Virus genome (UHGV): UHGV-1352141
Reading direction: 5' to 3' (one strand)
Origin: a virus
DNA: 45,606 nucleotides
Numbering within the stretch: position 1 is the first letter of the stretch; each line of letters starts with the position of its first letter. Below, in pieces: positions 1 to 8,216 of this stretch. The position numbers and the translations under genes were made by a program. The notes under the pieces were generated by a model. It was not told the origin of the DNA. It did not search any database and saw nothing but the letters and a program-made list of their open reading frames with translations.

Positions 1-52
1 GAGCAGACGGCTCATAACCGTCCGGTCGTAGGTTCGAGTCCTACAGGGTACA
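1..52 (+). tRNA. 3' two-thirds of a tRNA with CAT anticodon (elongator Met or Ile2 type). The 5' part is at the window end 45586..45606.
   Basis: Readable D-stem 3' arm GAGC, anticodon stem GACGG/CCGTC with loop CTCATAA, variable loop CGGTC, T-arm GTAGG-TTCGAGT-CCTAC, acceptor 3' strand AGGGTAC plus discriminator A. CCA is not encoded. Confidence 0.8.
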
Positions 53-57
53 TAAAA

Positions 58-84
58 AGACTACCTTTACGGTAGTCTCGGTTT
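58..84 (+). terminator. Intrinsic terminator after the tRNA
   Basis: Stem AGACTACC/GGTAGTCT with loop TTTAC, followed by CGGTTT. Confidence 0.6.
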
Positions 85-321
85 ACATATTATAGAAGCT
101 TTATCAAGATGTCGATTAATAGAATTACAATTAATAGCCAAAGCGTTAACCTTTTCCATAATGGAGTTTTCCCGCGGAAAATTGTTATATCTTCATGTAT
201 TTTCTTTCTAATCTTTGTGATTTTCCTATTCGTCATGTTTGTCACCTTGAGTGCATTTTCTATATTTTATCAAATAGAGTATCTAGGTTGCAATAGGATG
301 ATTAATTAAAAGGTGTAACGC

Positions 322-897
322 TTATTTTAACAACTCTGATTTCTTTGCCTCAAATTCTTCTTCTGTTAGAATTCCTAAATCAAAAAGTTCTTTTAGTTTT
401 TTCAAATCTTCAAAGTTGGCAAGAGCACTATCTGTAGGTTCAGCTGATTCATTACAACTGATAATATAGTTGAATCCTTCTAATGTAGCTTTTGCGTTAA
501 CTTTAGCTTGATTGTACACTACTTTGGATTTGTCAGATTTAGCAAAAATGAAGGGAATAGTTCTTGTAGCCTGTTTGTTGTTTTTTACAGTATAAATAAT
601 CTGCATATTTGTACAGAATTCTTTGTCAGTCTTTTTGATCTTTGAAAGACCACCAATTCCAGCTCCAGTATTTCCAAAGAAAGATCCACCTAAAATAGCT
701 CGTCCGGCAGAGACTCCACCTTCTACGATCTTTTGATCATCCTCAACTAATTCAAAGCTAATTAAGTCCTCAAATTTGAATACTTTTCCAGAAGCTTTAA
801 ATAGTTTCCTTTCTTCATCTATTTTTATTACACCAAATTTCGTAGTTGTCTTAAAATCACTTTTTTCATCAGACTTATTTTTTGAAAATAAACCCAT
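322..897 (-). CDS. SHOCT-domain protein with an N-terminal PH-like or DUF-type domain
   Basis: C-terminus LKKLKELFDLGILTEEEFEAKKSELL matches the SHOCT motif. A GAAGGG ribosome-binding site lies upstream. Confidence 0.65.
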   Translation of the reverse strand: MGLFSKNKSDEKSDFKTTTKFGVIKIDEERKLFKASGKVFKFEDLISFELVEDDQKIVEGGVSAGRAILGGSFFGNTGAGIGGLSKIKKTDKEFCTNMQIIYTVKNNKQATRTIPFIFAKSDKSKVVYNQAKVNAKATLEGFNYIISCNESAEPTDSALANFEDLKKLKELFDLGILTEEEFEAKKSELLK

Positions 898-982
898 ATT
901 AACCCTTCTCTCTCATAATAATTGTCTAGATTTATTTTACCATTAAGAAATATAGAATGAGTAAATCATCATTAAAAATGAT

Positions 983-1722
983 TCATACAATAATTTTTCC
1001 GCGATTCACTCGAAAACTATAAATCGCTATCTTTCGATTATTCCAACAAAACAACTTCTTATTTTTATGTAATAGTAAAATAGAAAACAAGGTCTTTATT
1101 GTCATGGCTGATCTTCTATTCTGGCGAAAAAATATAAGATTTCCTTCATCATCAGGTTTAGCAGTGGTCAGTGGTATTAATGTGCTGCCTATCTGAGTGT
1201 AGATACCTTTGTATTCCTCGTGAAAAGGATTTGCAGTTAATTGTTGCAGTAATTCGCCAGCCTTCATTTCATACCTTCTTTCGTTGGAACCTACTTGATT
1301 CAAATTCTAACATGATACTAGTTTTGCCGACAACTGCATATTTTTTAATAATGAATTGTTTTCTACTATTGTAGTCACCAGCCACTACGACTCGCATTCC
1401 GTTCTCAACATCTGCCAAAAAAGATAGTGAGTGTGAGGCAATAAGACATGACTGATTATTCAGCTTAAAATAGACAAGGGGGCGTTCTGAAAGCTTTAAT
1501 ATTTTAATACTACTCACTAAACCACTCATGCTCATCATTTAAACCACTCCCATATCTAAGAATATAAAAATCGTCATTGTGAAAGGCGTTTGCTTTCATA
1601 CAGTAAAACTCAAAACATTTTTCTCCGACTTCAAAAATACTATTTGGTCCGAAATCCCACAATAAGTCTTGTAATGTAGAAAAAGGTATATAGCCTTGTT
1701 CGTAGAGCAAAATAGGGTTCAT
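983..1722 (-). pseudogene. Three overlapping minus-strand ORFs (983..1303, 1269..1538, 1510..1722) in different frames, possibly one gene broken by two frameshifts
   Basis: The ORFs overlap by 29 to 35 nt in successive frames and the last one overlaps the YolD-like gene by 4 nt. No strong individual ribosome-binding sites. Confidence 0.3.
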
Positions 1723-2117
1723 TTCAGCTCACTCCATTTGTGCCAGTCGTACAACTCTACATGTCGTATTTCATCGTAATCTACTTTTTGATCATCAATG
1801 TAGATTCCTAATTCGTCATAGCCTTTTATCATACCTACCACATCATCTAAATATTTACCTTCCATATCTAGCTGTTCTAGCTGAATTGCGACAGGGCGTC
1901 TTTTTAAGCGAGCATGCTCTAGAACGTGTTGTATTTCGTGAGGGTACATCTGTGGCTTTTGTTCATTGACTCGTGATCGTTCAGCAACATCTTTTTGCAT
2001 TGCTGCAGTGTGATCGGATAAAAAGAATCCTGTCATCCACTTCAACATGCCCCTATCCTCATAAACGCTTTTGGCCTCTAAAAAAAGCTTTTCTGCTGAC
2101 TCATCATCATAAATCAT
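1719..2117 (-). CDS. YolD-like protein (track ORF 1719..2273 trimmed to an internal ATG)
   Basis: Contains DRGMLKWMTGFFLSDH, resembling the YolD-family DRGxIKW...LPEH motif. The internal start has the ribosome-binding site TGAGGTGAAGGTT. The upstream N-terminal extension overlaps the att-like repeats. Confidence 0.5.
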   Translation of the reverse strand: MIYDDESAEKLFLEAKSVYEDRGMLKWMTGFFLSDHTAAMQKDVAERSRVNEQKPQMYPHEIQHVLEHARLKRRPVAIQLEQLDMEGKYLDDVVGMIKGYDELGIYIDDQKVDYDEIRHVELYDWHKWSELK

Positions 2118-2188
2118 AACCTTCACCTCATCGACATTATAAGAACGTATGTTCTGGATGTAAAGCGAACAAATTATTAAGAATAAAA

Positions 2189-2401
2189 TGACCATACTTT
2201 GACCATATATAATAGAAGAAACTAGATTAATCCAGAACTTCAAATTGAAGAATAAACTTCGACATGGTTGCATTTGAGTCTATCTAGAATAGGTTAGGAC
2301 TACCCTAGATAGACTATGCAAAATAATTACAAGGTGCTAAATTCCTTTATATCAAGGGGTTTAGCGCTTCTTTTTTTGTTTTGACCATACTTTTGACCAT
2401 A
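2189..2401. other. Candidate attP: an 11-bp perfect inverted repeat (2277..2315) flanked symmetrically by TGACCATA direct repeats (2189..2207 and 2382..2401)
   Basis: AGTCTATCTAG-N17-CTAGATAGACT. TGACCATACTTTGACCATA lies about 97 bp to the left and TGACCATACTTTTGACCATA about 96 bp to the right, immediately 3' of the integrase gene. Confidence 0.4.
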
Positions 2402-2405
2402 GTAT

Positions 2406-3557
2406 TTAAAAGTTGATGTATTTCGCGAATTTTTCAGCAGATTTTTCTTGCTGATTTTTTGTTACGTGGGAGTAAATTTCGAGGGTTGTTCTGGCGTTGC
2501 TATGACCTAATCTATATTGAACTTCTTGAATGGACAAGCCCGCTTCAAACAGAAGGCTGCAATGTGTGTGTCTAAGTCCATGAACTTTTATATCTTCAAA
2601 ATTGTTAGCTTTACATATTCTAGCTAAAATGCGGTTTATTCTTGCGTGATCTAGAATTTGATTAGACTTGCTAGAAAAAACCAATTGATTGGGAGCTAAG
2701 GAATTAATACCATAACTCAATAAATATTTTCTTTGATCGATTCGCCATTTTTTTAAAATTTTGATTGTTTCGTTGTCTAAGGAGATTCGGCGATTCGAAC
2801 TATGACTTTTAGGATCGGTAATTATAGGGCGACCATTATAATTTCTTGCTGATGTTTTATTAATGTCTAAGGTTTTATTATCGAAATCTATATCGTTCCA
2901 TGTTAATGCTAAAAGTTCTCCTTTACGTATTCCTGTAAAAGATAGAAGTCTAAATAAAGGATATGTTAAAGGGTAACTATCCTCAGAGCAACATTTTAGG
3001 AATCGTTCAAGTTCTTCCTTTTCGAAGAATTTCTTTTCTTTGATTACCTCCTTCTTTTTCTTTGGAACAGGCACATGTTCCATAGGGTTATCATCTATAA
3101 GACGTAGTTCTTTTGCGTAGTCAAAGACAGCCGATGTGTAAGAACGAATAGCTTTGTAAGTTTTGTACTCCTGATACCATTCATTAACAATATTTTGGCA
3201 ATAAGGAATATTAATCTTGGAAATTCTTTTTTCTTTAAAATGTGGCAGTATATTGCTTTGGAAGATAGTATACACTCTACTGTATGAACTTTCTTTCACT
3301 GTATTTTTGTAACTTTTGAGCCATTTGTCAGCAACTTCTCCAAAAGTCATATTTGATTGCGGCGTGTACTTATTATCTTTAGCTTGAAGTTCCAACTTTG
3401 CTAAAGCTAGTTTTGCCTCCTTTTTTGTTTTAAAACCTCTTTTTGTTGTGTACTGCTTTTTTCCAGTTAAGGGATTAATACCTAGATATGTTTTGAAATA
3501 CCATGCTTTATCTCCGTTTTTCTTCTGGTATTGTTTTATCATTGCCATGTGACTCAC
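2406..3557 (-). CDS. int: Tyrosine site-specific integrase
   Basis: C-terminal catalytic signature HGLRHTHCSLL...LGHSNARTTLEIYSHV (R-H-R-Y). First gene of the lysogeny module, next to the att candidate. Confidence 0.9.
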   Translation of the reverse strand: MSHMAMIKQYQKKNGDKAWYFKTYLGINPLTGKKQYTTKRGFKTKKEAKLALAKLELQAKDNKYTPQSNMTFGEVADKWLKSYKNTVKESSYSRVYTIFQSNILPHFKEKRISKINIPYCQNIVNEWYQEYKTYKAIRSYTSAVFDYAKELRLIDDNPMEHVPVPKKKKEVIKEKKFFEKEELERFLKCCSEDSYPLTYPLFRLLSFTGIRKGELLALTWNDIDFDNKTLDINKTSARNYNGRPIITDPKSHSSNRRISLDNETIKILKKWRIDQRKYLLSYGINSLAPNQLVFSSKSNQILDHARINRILARICKANNFEDIKVHGLRHTHCSLLFEAGLSIQEVQYRLGHSNARTTLEIYSHVTKNQQEKSAEKFAKYINF

Positions 3558-3572
3558 TCCTCTTATTTTCGT

Positions 3573-3887
3573 TTATGGAATTTCCAGTTCTGCCATAGAA
3601 TCATCAAAATTTTCTACATAGTCATTTTCAGCAAAAAAATCTAACCATATTTGATACCCATTAAATTTAGGAACACCTTTGTGTGTTTTGATTTGCTCGT
3701 AGGCGTTTTTCACAACATCAGCCCACATTGACTCTACTTGACGCTCCATTTGTTTATCAGTCCACTTTTTTGTTTTTCCGGTTCTCTTTTTATTCTTTTC
3801 TTTTCGTGACTCCATAGCCTTAATAATAAAGATTTCATGCCCACGAGTATTTTGTTCTAACCATTCTTTGAATTCTTGGTGTTGCAT
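3573..3887 (-). CDS. Hypothetical small phage protein
   Basis: ORF between int and the ImmA-like gene. Basic lysine-rich centre. Confidence 0.5.
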   Translation of the reverse strand: MQHQEFKEWLEQNTRGHEIFIIKAMESRKEKNKKRTGKTKKWTDKQMERQVESMWADVVKNAYEQIKTHKGVPKFNGYQIWLDFFAENDYVENFDDSMAELEIP

Positions 3888-3956
3888 TTTTATTGCTCCT
3901 TTCGAATGTATGTTCGGTAAAAATGATAAAAAATTAATAATAGCTTTAATAGCTAT

Positions 3957-4385
3957 TTATAGATACCTTATTAATTCGTGAGGTAAACCCAAATAATCCA
4001 TAATTTGAAACTCTGTTAATCCATTTAAGTCATCTTTGTCTTGCATATAAATTAATAGTTTCATAGCGAGAGAATTTGCTTCACACTCCATTTTGGAAAT
4101 AAATGAATCCAAACCAACTGATCGATAAAATGGGGTAGTAGAACCTCCATGCATTTTTATATGACTAAATTCATGAAGGATGACGAATTTTTGATACCAT
4201 TCGGGCCAATTCACATTCACAATAATTGTGTGACAACGATGACTAGTTAGAGTGCAACCACCCGTTTCATCATCTAAATCTGCATAAAGTAATTTGCAAT
4301 GAGCCTCTCGTATTAATTCATAGACGTTGAAGGGCCGATATTTCTTAATAATTTTATCAAACGCATCGTCTACGTAGTAACTCAT
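3957..4385 (-). CDS. ImmA/IrrE-family metallopeptidase (anti-repressor protease)
   Basis: HEFSH zinc-binding motif. Sits immediately downstream of the XRE repressor, the canonical pairing. Confidence 0.75.
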   Translation of the reverse strand: MSYYVDDAFDKIIKKYRPFNVYELIREAHCKLLYADLDDETGGCTLTSHRCHTIIVNVNWPEWYQKFVILHEFSHIKMHGGSTTPFYRSVGLDSFISKMECEANSLAMKLLIYMQDKDDLNGLTEFQIMDYLGLPHELIRYL

Positions 4386-4400
4386 ATAGGGCCCTCCTAA

Positions 4401-4814
4401 CTAGTCTCTATAATCTTTACGGGTAAATTTTTGTTTTGCTTCTTCTTTGTTCATCTCCATTGCAGTACGAATAGCTATCAATAGACGATCTTTTTGATCT
4501 TTCGTAGCTGGCTCACCGTAGAAGTTCAAATTTTCCCCGTTAGCAATCCCCTCTATTAATTCTTCTGCCTGAATAGCGATATCTTTTTTCTCTTTGTCAG
4601 ACAATTCATAGTATTTCTTTTTCTCAGTTCGACCTAGTAGATAGTCAGTGGAAACATCGAAGTAATCAGCAACTTTTTGCAGTTTGTCGGATGCAGGACT
4701 GGTTTTATCCCATCGGTATATAGAGTTCTCACCAATTCCAATATTTGCTGCAAGTTCTTTAATAGTTACGTCTCTTTGTTTAGCTAGTAGTTTTATTCTG
4801 TCTAAAGTATTCAT
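4401..4814 (-). CDS. CI-like XRE-family HTH repressor
   Basis: N-terminal HTH (TIKELAANIGIGENSIYRWDKT). Start chosen at the ATG after the AAAGGTGA ribosome-binding site. Transcribed divergently from cro. Confidence 0.8.
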   Translation of the reverse strand: MNTLDRIKLLAKQRDVTIKELAANIGIGENSIYRWDKTSPASDKLQKVADYFDVSTDYLLGRTEKKKYYELSDKEKKDIAIQAEELIEGIANGENLNFYGEPATKDQKDRLLIAIRTAMEMNKEEAKQKFTRKDYRD

Positions 4815-4869
4815 AAAAATCACCTTTCAAGGAAAAGAGCACACTAAATAAAATATCTACCGAAAACGG

Positions 4870-4898
4870 TTGACAACTACCAAATTAGATAGTATACT
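4870..4898 (+). promoter_or_regulatory. Sigma-70-like promoter facing cro (TTGACA-17-TATACT)
   Basis: TTGACA at 4870..4875, a 17-nt spacer, TATACT at 4893..4898. Confidence 0.5.
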
Positions 4899-4990
4899 CA
4901 GTTCAGGATATAAGAAATGAGCAAAAATTAAGATATAAAAAAGTAATAAATCTTGGCGGATTTAGAATGCTTATTTCTGTATGTCTATAG

Positions 4991-5004
4991 TACCACATGT
5001 GGTA
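4991..5004. promoter_or_regulatory. Perfect 14-bp palindrome TACCACATGTGGTA, a likely CI/Cro operator in the divergent region
   Basis: Perfect dyad between the cI and cro starts. The related half-site CTACCA is also present at 4877..4882. Confidence 0.5.
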
Positions 5005-5050
5005 GATTTGTCAATTGTTTTTATCAAAAAAGATTGGAGGTGTACGCATT

Positions 5051-5254
5051 ATGGTTTCGATTGTTGCCAATATAAAAAGTATAGCAAAAGAAAAAGAACT
5101 TACCATCAAGCAAATTGGTAAAGATTCGGGAGTGGGTGCAAATGCTATTTATAGGTGGGATAAGCAAAATCCTAACTTAGCTAGTCTAAAAAAAGTATCA
5201 AATTATTTGAATGTACCGATTGAAGAATTATTAGATGAAAAACAGGAGGTATAA
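5051..5254 (+). CDS. Cro-like XRE HTH regulator
   Basis: HTH LTIKQIGKDSGVGANAIYRWDK. GGAGG ribosome-binding site 10 nt upstream of the ATG at 5051 (track ORF 5015.. trimmed). Confidence 0.75.
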   Translation: MVSIVANIKSIAKEKELTIKQIGKDSGVGANAIYRWDKQNPNLASLKKVSNYLNVPIEELLDEKQEV

Positions 5255-5256
5255 CC

Positions 5257-5562
5257 ATGAAGACTGTTCAAGTCAACAACGAGTTTTTTATACCAGATGA
5301 AATTTTACATCAAATTGCTGATATTACCGCTGATATTGTTCTTGAAAAAATTAAAGATCAGTTGGATATCTGGGATAAGATAATCGATTTGCCGCCAGCA
5401 CCTAATAAATCACAAATCATGAAGACGTTAGGAATTGGGAACGATACCTTGAACTTTCTTATCGCGAACGGAGCAACACCAATGGTGTGGGGAGAGAATA
5501 CAGTTCGGATCGAACGATCTGATCTTAGAAAGGCATTCGAGAACACAAAAATAGCTATGTAA
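5257..5562 (+). CDS. Excisionase-like small DNA-binding protein
   Basis: Small protein after cro with an HTH-like segment SQIMKTLGIGNDTLNFLIANG. Confidence 0.45.
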   Translation: MKTVQVNNEFFIPDEILHQIADITADIVLEKIKDQLDIWDKIIDLPPAPNKSQIMKTLGIGNDTLNFLIANGATPMVWGENTVRIERSDLRKAFENTKIAM

Positions 5563-5569
5563 AGTCTAA

Positions 5570-7340
5570 TGGTAATAAGTCAAGATGAAAATTGAGATTA
5601 TTTTTATTGAGTAACCTGTTTTGAAACACACTGAACTAGACCCGACCAAAATCAAATTTTTTTCGGGTTATTTCAAGGATTTGCGTCAATAACGATTTGT
5701 TATTTATCTATCACGCTCCTTGGCGGCGTGTAGAGTTGATGGTTACGTAGTAGCGTATCCACCAGACGCGTAAATTTCCTTGCGGTTAAGACGAGTGCTC
5801 GTTTGTGTTGATGTTTTGGAACCTCTTTACATTTACTTTGATAAAAAGCTTTGTATTCGGGAAGATAGTTTTTTACAGAGTTGGCAGCTTCAACTAAGTA
5901 GTAACGAAAATATCGATTCCCTTGTTTTGTCAGAGGTGTATTTTGAGATTGGTAATTTCCGGATTGTTTGACTTTCCAACTTAATCCGGCATACTTTGCC
6001 AATTTTGTTTGATCTTCAAATCGTTCGATTTGACCAATTTCAGCGATCAAGCCGGCAGCATAAACTTTCCCAATGCCTGGAATACTGGTTAAGCATTGGT
6101 ATTCTGGGATGACGACAACTAGTTGTTCAATTGCTTTATCCAGTTCTCTGATGTTCTTTTCAAGAGCCCGAATTTCACAGACAAGAATGCCCAAAACAAT
6201 ATCAATAGACTCTTGAGCTACAGATCCTAGGCGATAGCTTGATCTGATTGCTCGTTGAATTGCCTTGGCAATTCTCTCTGGTTGCTTGAACCGACCTCTT
6301 CCTTTTTCTTGGATTAAGTTACAGAAGGCTTCCAAAGGAAGCTCGGCTAATTCATCTAGGGTAAAGTCATCTGTCATAAGTGAAATGATTGTGGCACTGA
6401 AAAGACTTGTCGATTCGTCTCGTATTTCTCGAGCAAGTGTATTGCATTTGTACGTTAGATTTTCCAGAAAGTGTTGTTTTGTACGAGTTAATTGCTTTAT
6501 GAGTTGATAGCGAGTACGTGTTAAACGCTGTAAGGCCATGTACTTCTCTTCTTTGATAGGGGAAGTTGTAAATCGCTGAATACGCAAGAAGTCAGCAATT
6601 CTTAACGCATCGTTTTGATCGGTTTTATCTTCATCAAACATGCGTCTAAATTGTTTAATTCGAAAAGGATTTTCAATGGTTACTAACGTATTGATTTTCT
6701 TCAGTTCTTCATCTTCGTGAAAAAACATTGAAGGGTGGAAGCTGTACATGGAGGTTGACTCCATGCCAATCACAATTTGATTGAAGCCGTAGCTTTCATT
6801 GAATTCAAGAATCATTTCTCGTATTAATGAAGCACCTTCAATATCATTGGCAACAGAGATTTCAGACAAGATTGATAATTGACAGTCGTCTGTTAGGAAG
6901 CAAACATCTAATTTTTCAGAACTAACGTCAATACCGATAAATAATTTCATGGAAGAAGGACCTCCTTTCGATTTGAATTTTGGAAAATGCTTCGATACTG
7001 TGGGATTTCCCAGAAACTCACTGTGTAGCCACAACCTCGCCTAATAGAATACGGTGATAAAAGAGCTAGAAGCTGCCTTCCAACTACTATTTGAAAGTCT
7101 AGTCCATTATCGAAACAGCTAATGAGTTGGTAGTGATAACAGTGGTTCGGGTAACAGACTTTGCAAGGTAGACAAAGCTACAGGAGGCAATAGCAAATTC
7201 CCGCTGGATCCTTTCCATATATCCATTGTACTCTGAGAAATCACACAATATCGAAACAAATTCCGTTAGGAATATGTTATTCAATAAATTTTACCGTTCA
7301 GAAACATTTTGGTTAAAAATCATTAGACAAATAATAGTTT
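5570..7340. mobile_element. IS110-family insertion sequence (boundaries approximate)
   Basis: Single DEDD-type transposase with non-coding flanks, interrupting the phage early-gene array between the xis-like gene and the first early gene. No terminal inverted repeats, as is typical for IS110. Confidence 0.5.
5700..6950 (-). CDS. IS110-family transposase
   Basis: N-terminal MKLFIGIDVSSEKLDVCF and DEDKTDQNDALRIADFLR (DEDD) motifs, C-terminal IPGIGKVYAAGLIAEIG. AGGAGG ribosome-binding site before the ATG at 6950 (track ORF trimmed). Confidence 0.85.
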   Translation of the reverse strand: MKLFIGIDVSSEKLDVCFLTDDCQLSILSEISVANDIEGASLIREMILEFNESYGFNQIVIGMESTSMYSFHPSMFFHEDEELKKINTLVTIENPFRIKQFRRMFDEDKTDQNDALRIADFLRIQRFTTSPIKEEKYMALQRLTRTRYQLIKQLTRTKQHFLENLTYKCNTLAREIRDESTSLFSATIISLMTDDFTLDELAELPLEAFCNLIQEKGRGRFKQPERIAKAIQRAIRSSYRLGSVAQESIDIVLGILVCEIRALEKNIRELDKAIEQLVVVIPEYQCLTSIPGIGKVYAAGLIAEIGQIERFEDQTKLAKYAGLSWKVKQSGNYQSQNTPLTKQGNRYFRYYLVEAANSVKNYLPEYKAFYQSKCKEVPKHQHKRALVLTARKFTRLVDTLLRNHQLYTPPRSVIDK

Positions 7341-7356
7341 ACGAGGAGGCACACAA

Positions 7357-7539
7357 ATGAAAATTTCCGAAGAAAAGCTCAAGCAGTTCACGCAGTTATT
7401 AGACGGATTAAACGCAATACAGTTTGATTTGCTAGTACAACAAGCAAGAAGCTTCTATTCAAGTCATCAACATAAGGTGCAACTTACGAGAGATGATCTA
7501 AATAAAATAGAAGCTAATTGCCAAAGAAACTTTAAGTAA
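7357..7539 (+). CDS. Hypothetical small early protein
   Basis: AGGAGG ribosome-binding site 8 nt upstream. Confidence 0.5.
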   Translation: MKISEEKLKQFTQLLDGLNAIQFDLLVQQARSFYSSHQHKVQLTRDDLNKIEANCQRNFK

Positions 7540-7780
7540 AGACTATTTGAATATGACAAGGAGCAACGCGATAATCTGTTCCTTTGTAGTGAATCATTAC
7601 GTAAGGAAATTGATAAAGGGTATCGGGAGATTCCCTATGGATAGGTGCCCATAATTCGGCATTTTCTTCCCACCAAGTGTTAGGAGGTACCATGTTTGGC
7701 CCCATCAAACAGTGATCATCATCGTTTAGACAGACCCAATTTCCAATCAGATTTGCATATATTTTGGTCATAATTTTCAC
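7532..7780 (-). CDS. Hypothetical protein
   Basis: Ribosome-binding site GTGAGGTGAAAATT before the ATG. Preceded by the conserved promoter/operator element 7771..7801. Confidence 0.55.
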   Translation of the reverse strand: MKIMTKIYANLIGNWVCLNDDDHCLMGPNMVPPNTWWEENAELWAPIHRESPDTLYQFPYVMIHYKGTDYRVAPCHIQIVFT

Positions 7781-7801
7781 CTCACTTTCATAGTGAGTAT
7801 A
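7771..7801 (-). promoter_or_regulatory. Conserved promoter-operator-RBS module: TATACT, dyad CTCACTTTCATAGTGAG, then GGTGAA. Copy 1 of 2.
   Basis: Read on the minus strand: TATACT -10 box, a dyad spanning the start site, then the ribosome-binding site. Near-identical copy at 8217..8248. Confidence 0.5.
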
Positions 7802-7834
7802 TCAAATAAACAAGTCAGCTAGGAGGTGTAGGTT

Positions 7835-7966
7835 GTGGAGGAAAACGAATTAGCAGAGGCAATATTAATCTTGTGTATCGAAAATAAAGTTACGATCTCC
7901 AAATTATTAAACGCAGTTTCTAAAGTCGTGAATGAATTTAAGGTAAGAGGAACTATAGAAAAATAA
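7835..7966 (+). CDS. Possible 43-aa small ORF with a GTG start (below the track cutoff)
   Basis: AGGAGG at 7821..7826, 8 nt before GTG. The region is otherwise covered only by the weak antisense ORF 7819..8022. Confidence 0.3.
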   Translation: MEENELAEAILILCIENKVTISKLLNAVSKVVNEFKVRGTIEK

Positions 7967-7991
7967 AAGCACTTGTTTCCAAGTGCAGATT

Positions 7992-8216
7992 TTAACCATC
8001 CGGTGTCATACAATAATCGCATTCTTCTTTATACGAGTAATGCTTTTTGATTTCAGAATATAAGTAGTCAGATGCAAAAACATGTTCAGGGTTCATTGAA
8101 TAAATCATACAACTAGCGCAATAGTTGTCCAAATCATGGCAGACTCCCGTATTTGTGTTAAGAATGTATCGCTTATTGTTGAACGGTGGCTTTGAAATAC
8201 GAACTCTCTTCCCCAT
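7992..8216 (-). CDS. Cys-rich zinc-ribbon-like small protein
   Basis: CxxxxxxCxxC and CxxC motifs. Preceded by the second copy of the promoter/operator/RBS element. Confidence 0.55.
   Translation of the reverse strand: MGKRVRISKPPFNNKRYILNTNTGVCHDLDNYCASCMIYSMNPEHVFASDYLYSEIKKHYSYKEECDYCMTPDG

Noticed and set aside
1-85. Classical prophage integration into the 3' end of this tRNA, with attL at position 1 to 85 and a duplicated 3' tRNA segment at the right end
   Set aside because: No copy of the tRNA 3' portion or of the 1..85 sequence occurs anywhere near the right end. Only a 5'-end fragment is present at 45237. The ends of the window join into one tRNA, which favours circular topology.
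109-309. Plus-strand 66-aa ORF just after the tRNA terminator
   Set aside because: No ribosome-binding site and AT-rich low-complexity sequence. It could be a tiny membrane peptide, but the evidence is too weak to call.
2362-2385. Short shared TTTTGTTTTG between the int-proximal region and 45228..45238 as a possible att core
   Set aside because: Only about 10 nt, T-rich, and part of the endolysin terminator U-tract. Too weak to support an att assignment.
5780-6507. Plus-strand ORFs 5780..5971 and 6265..6507
   Set aside because: Antisense to the IS110 transposase coding region, with no ribosome-binding sites.
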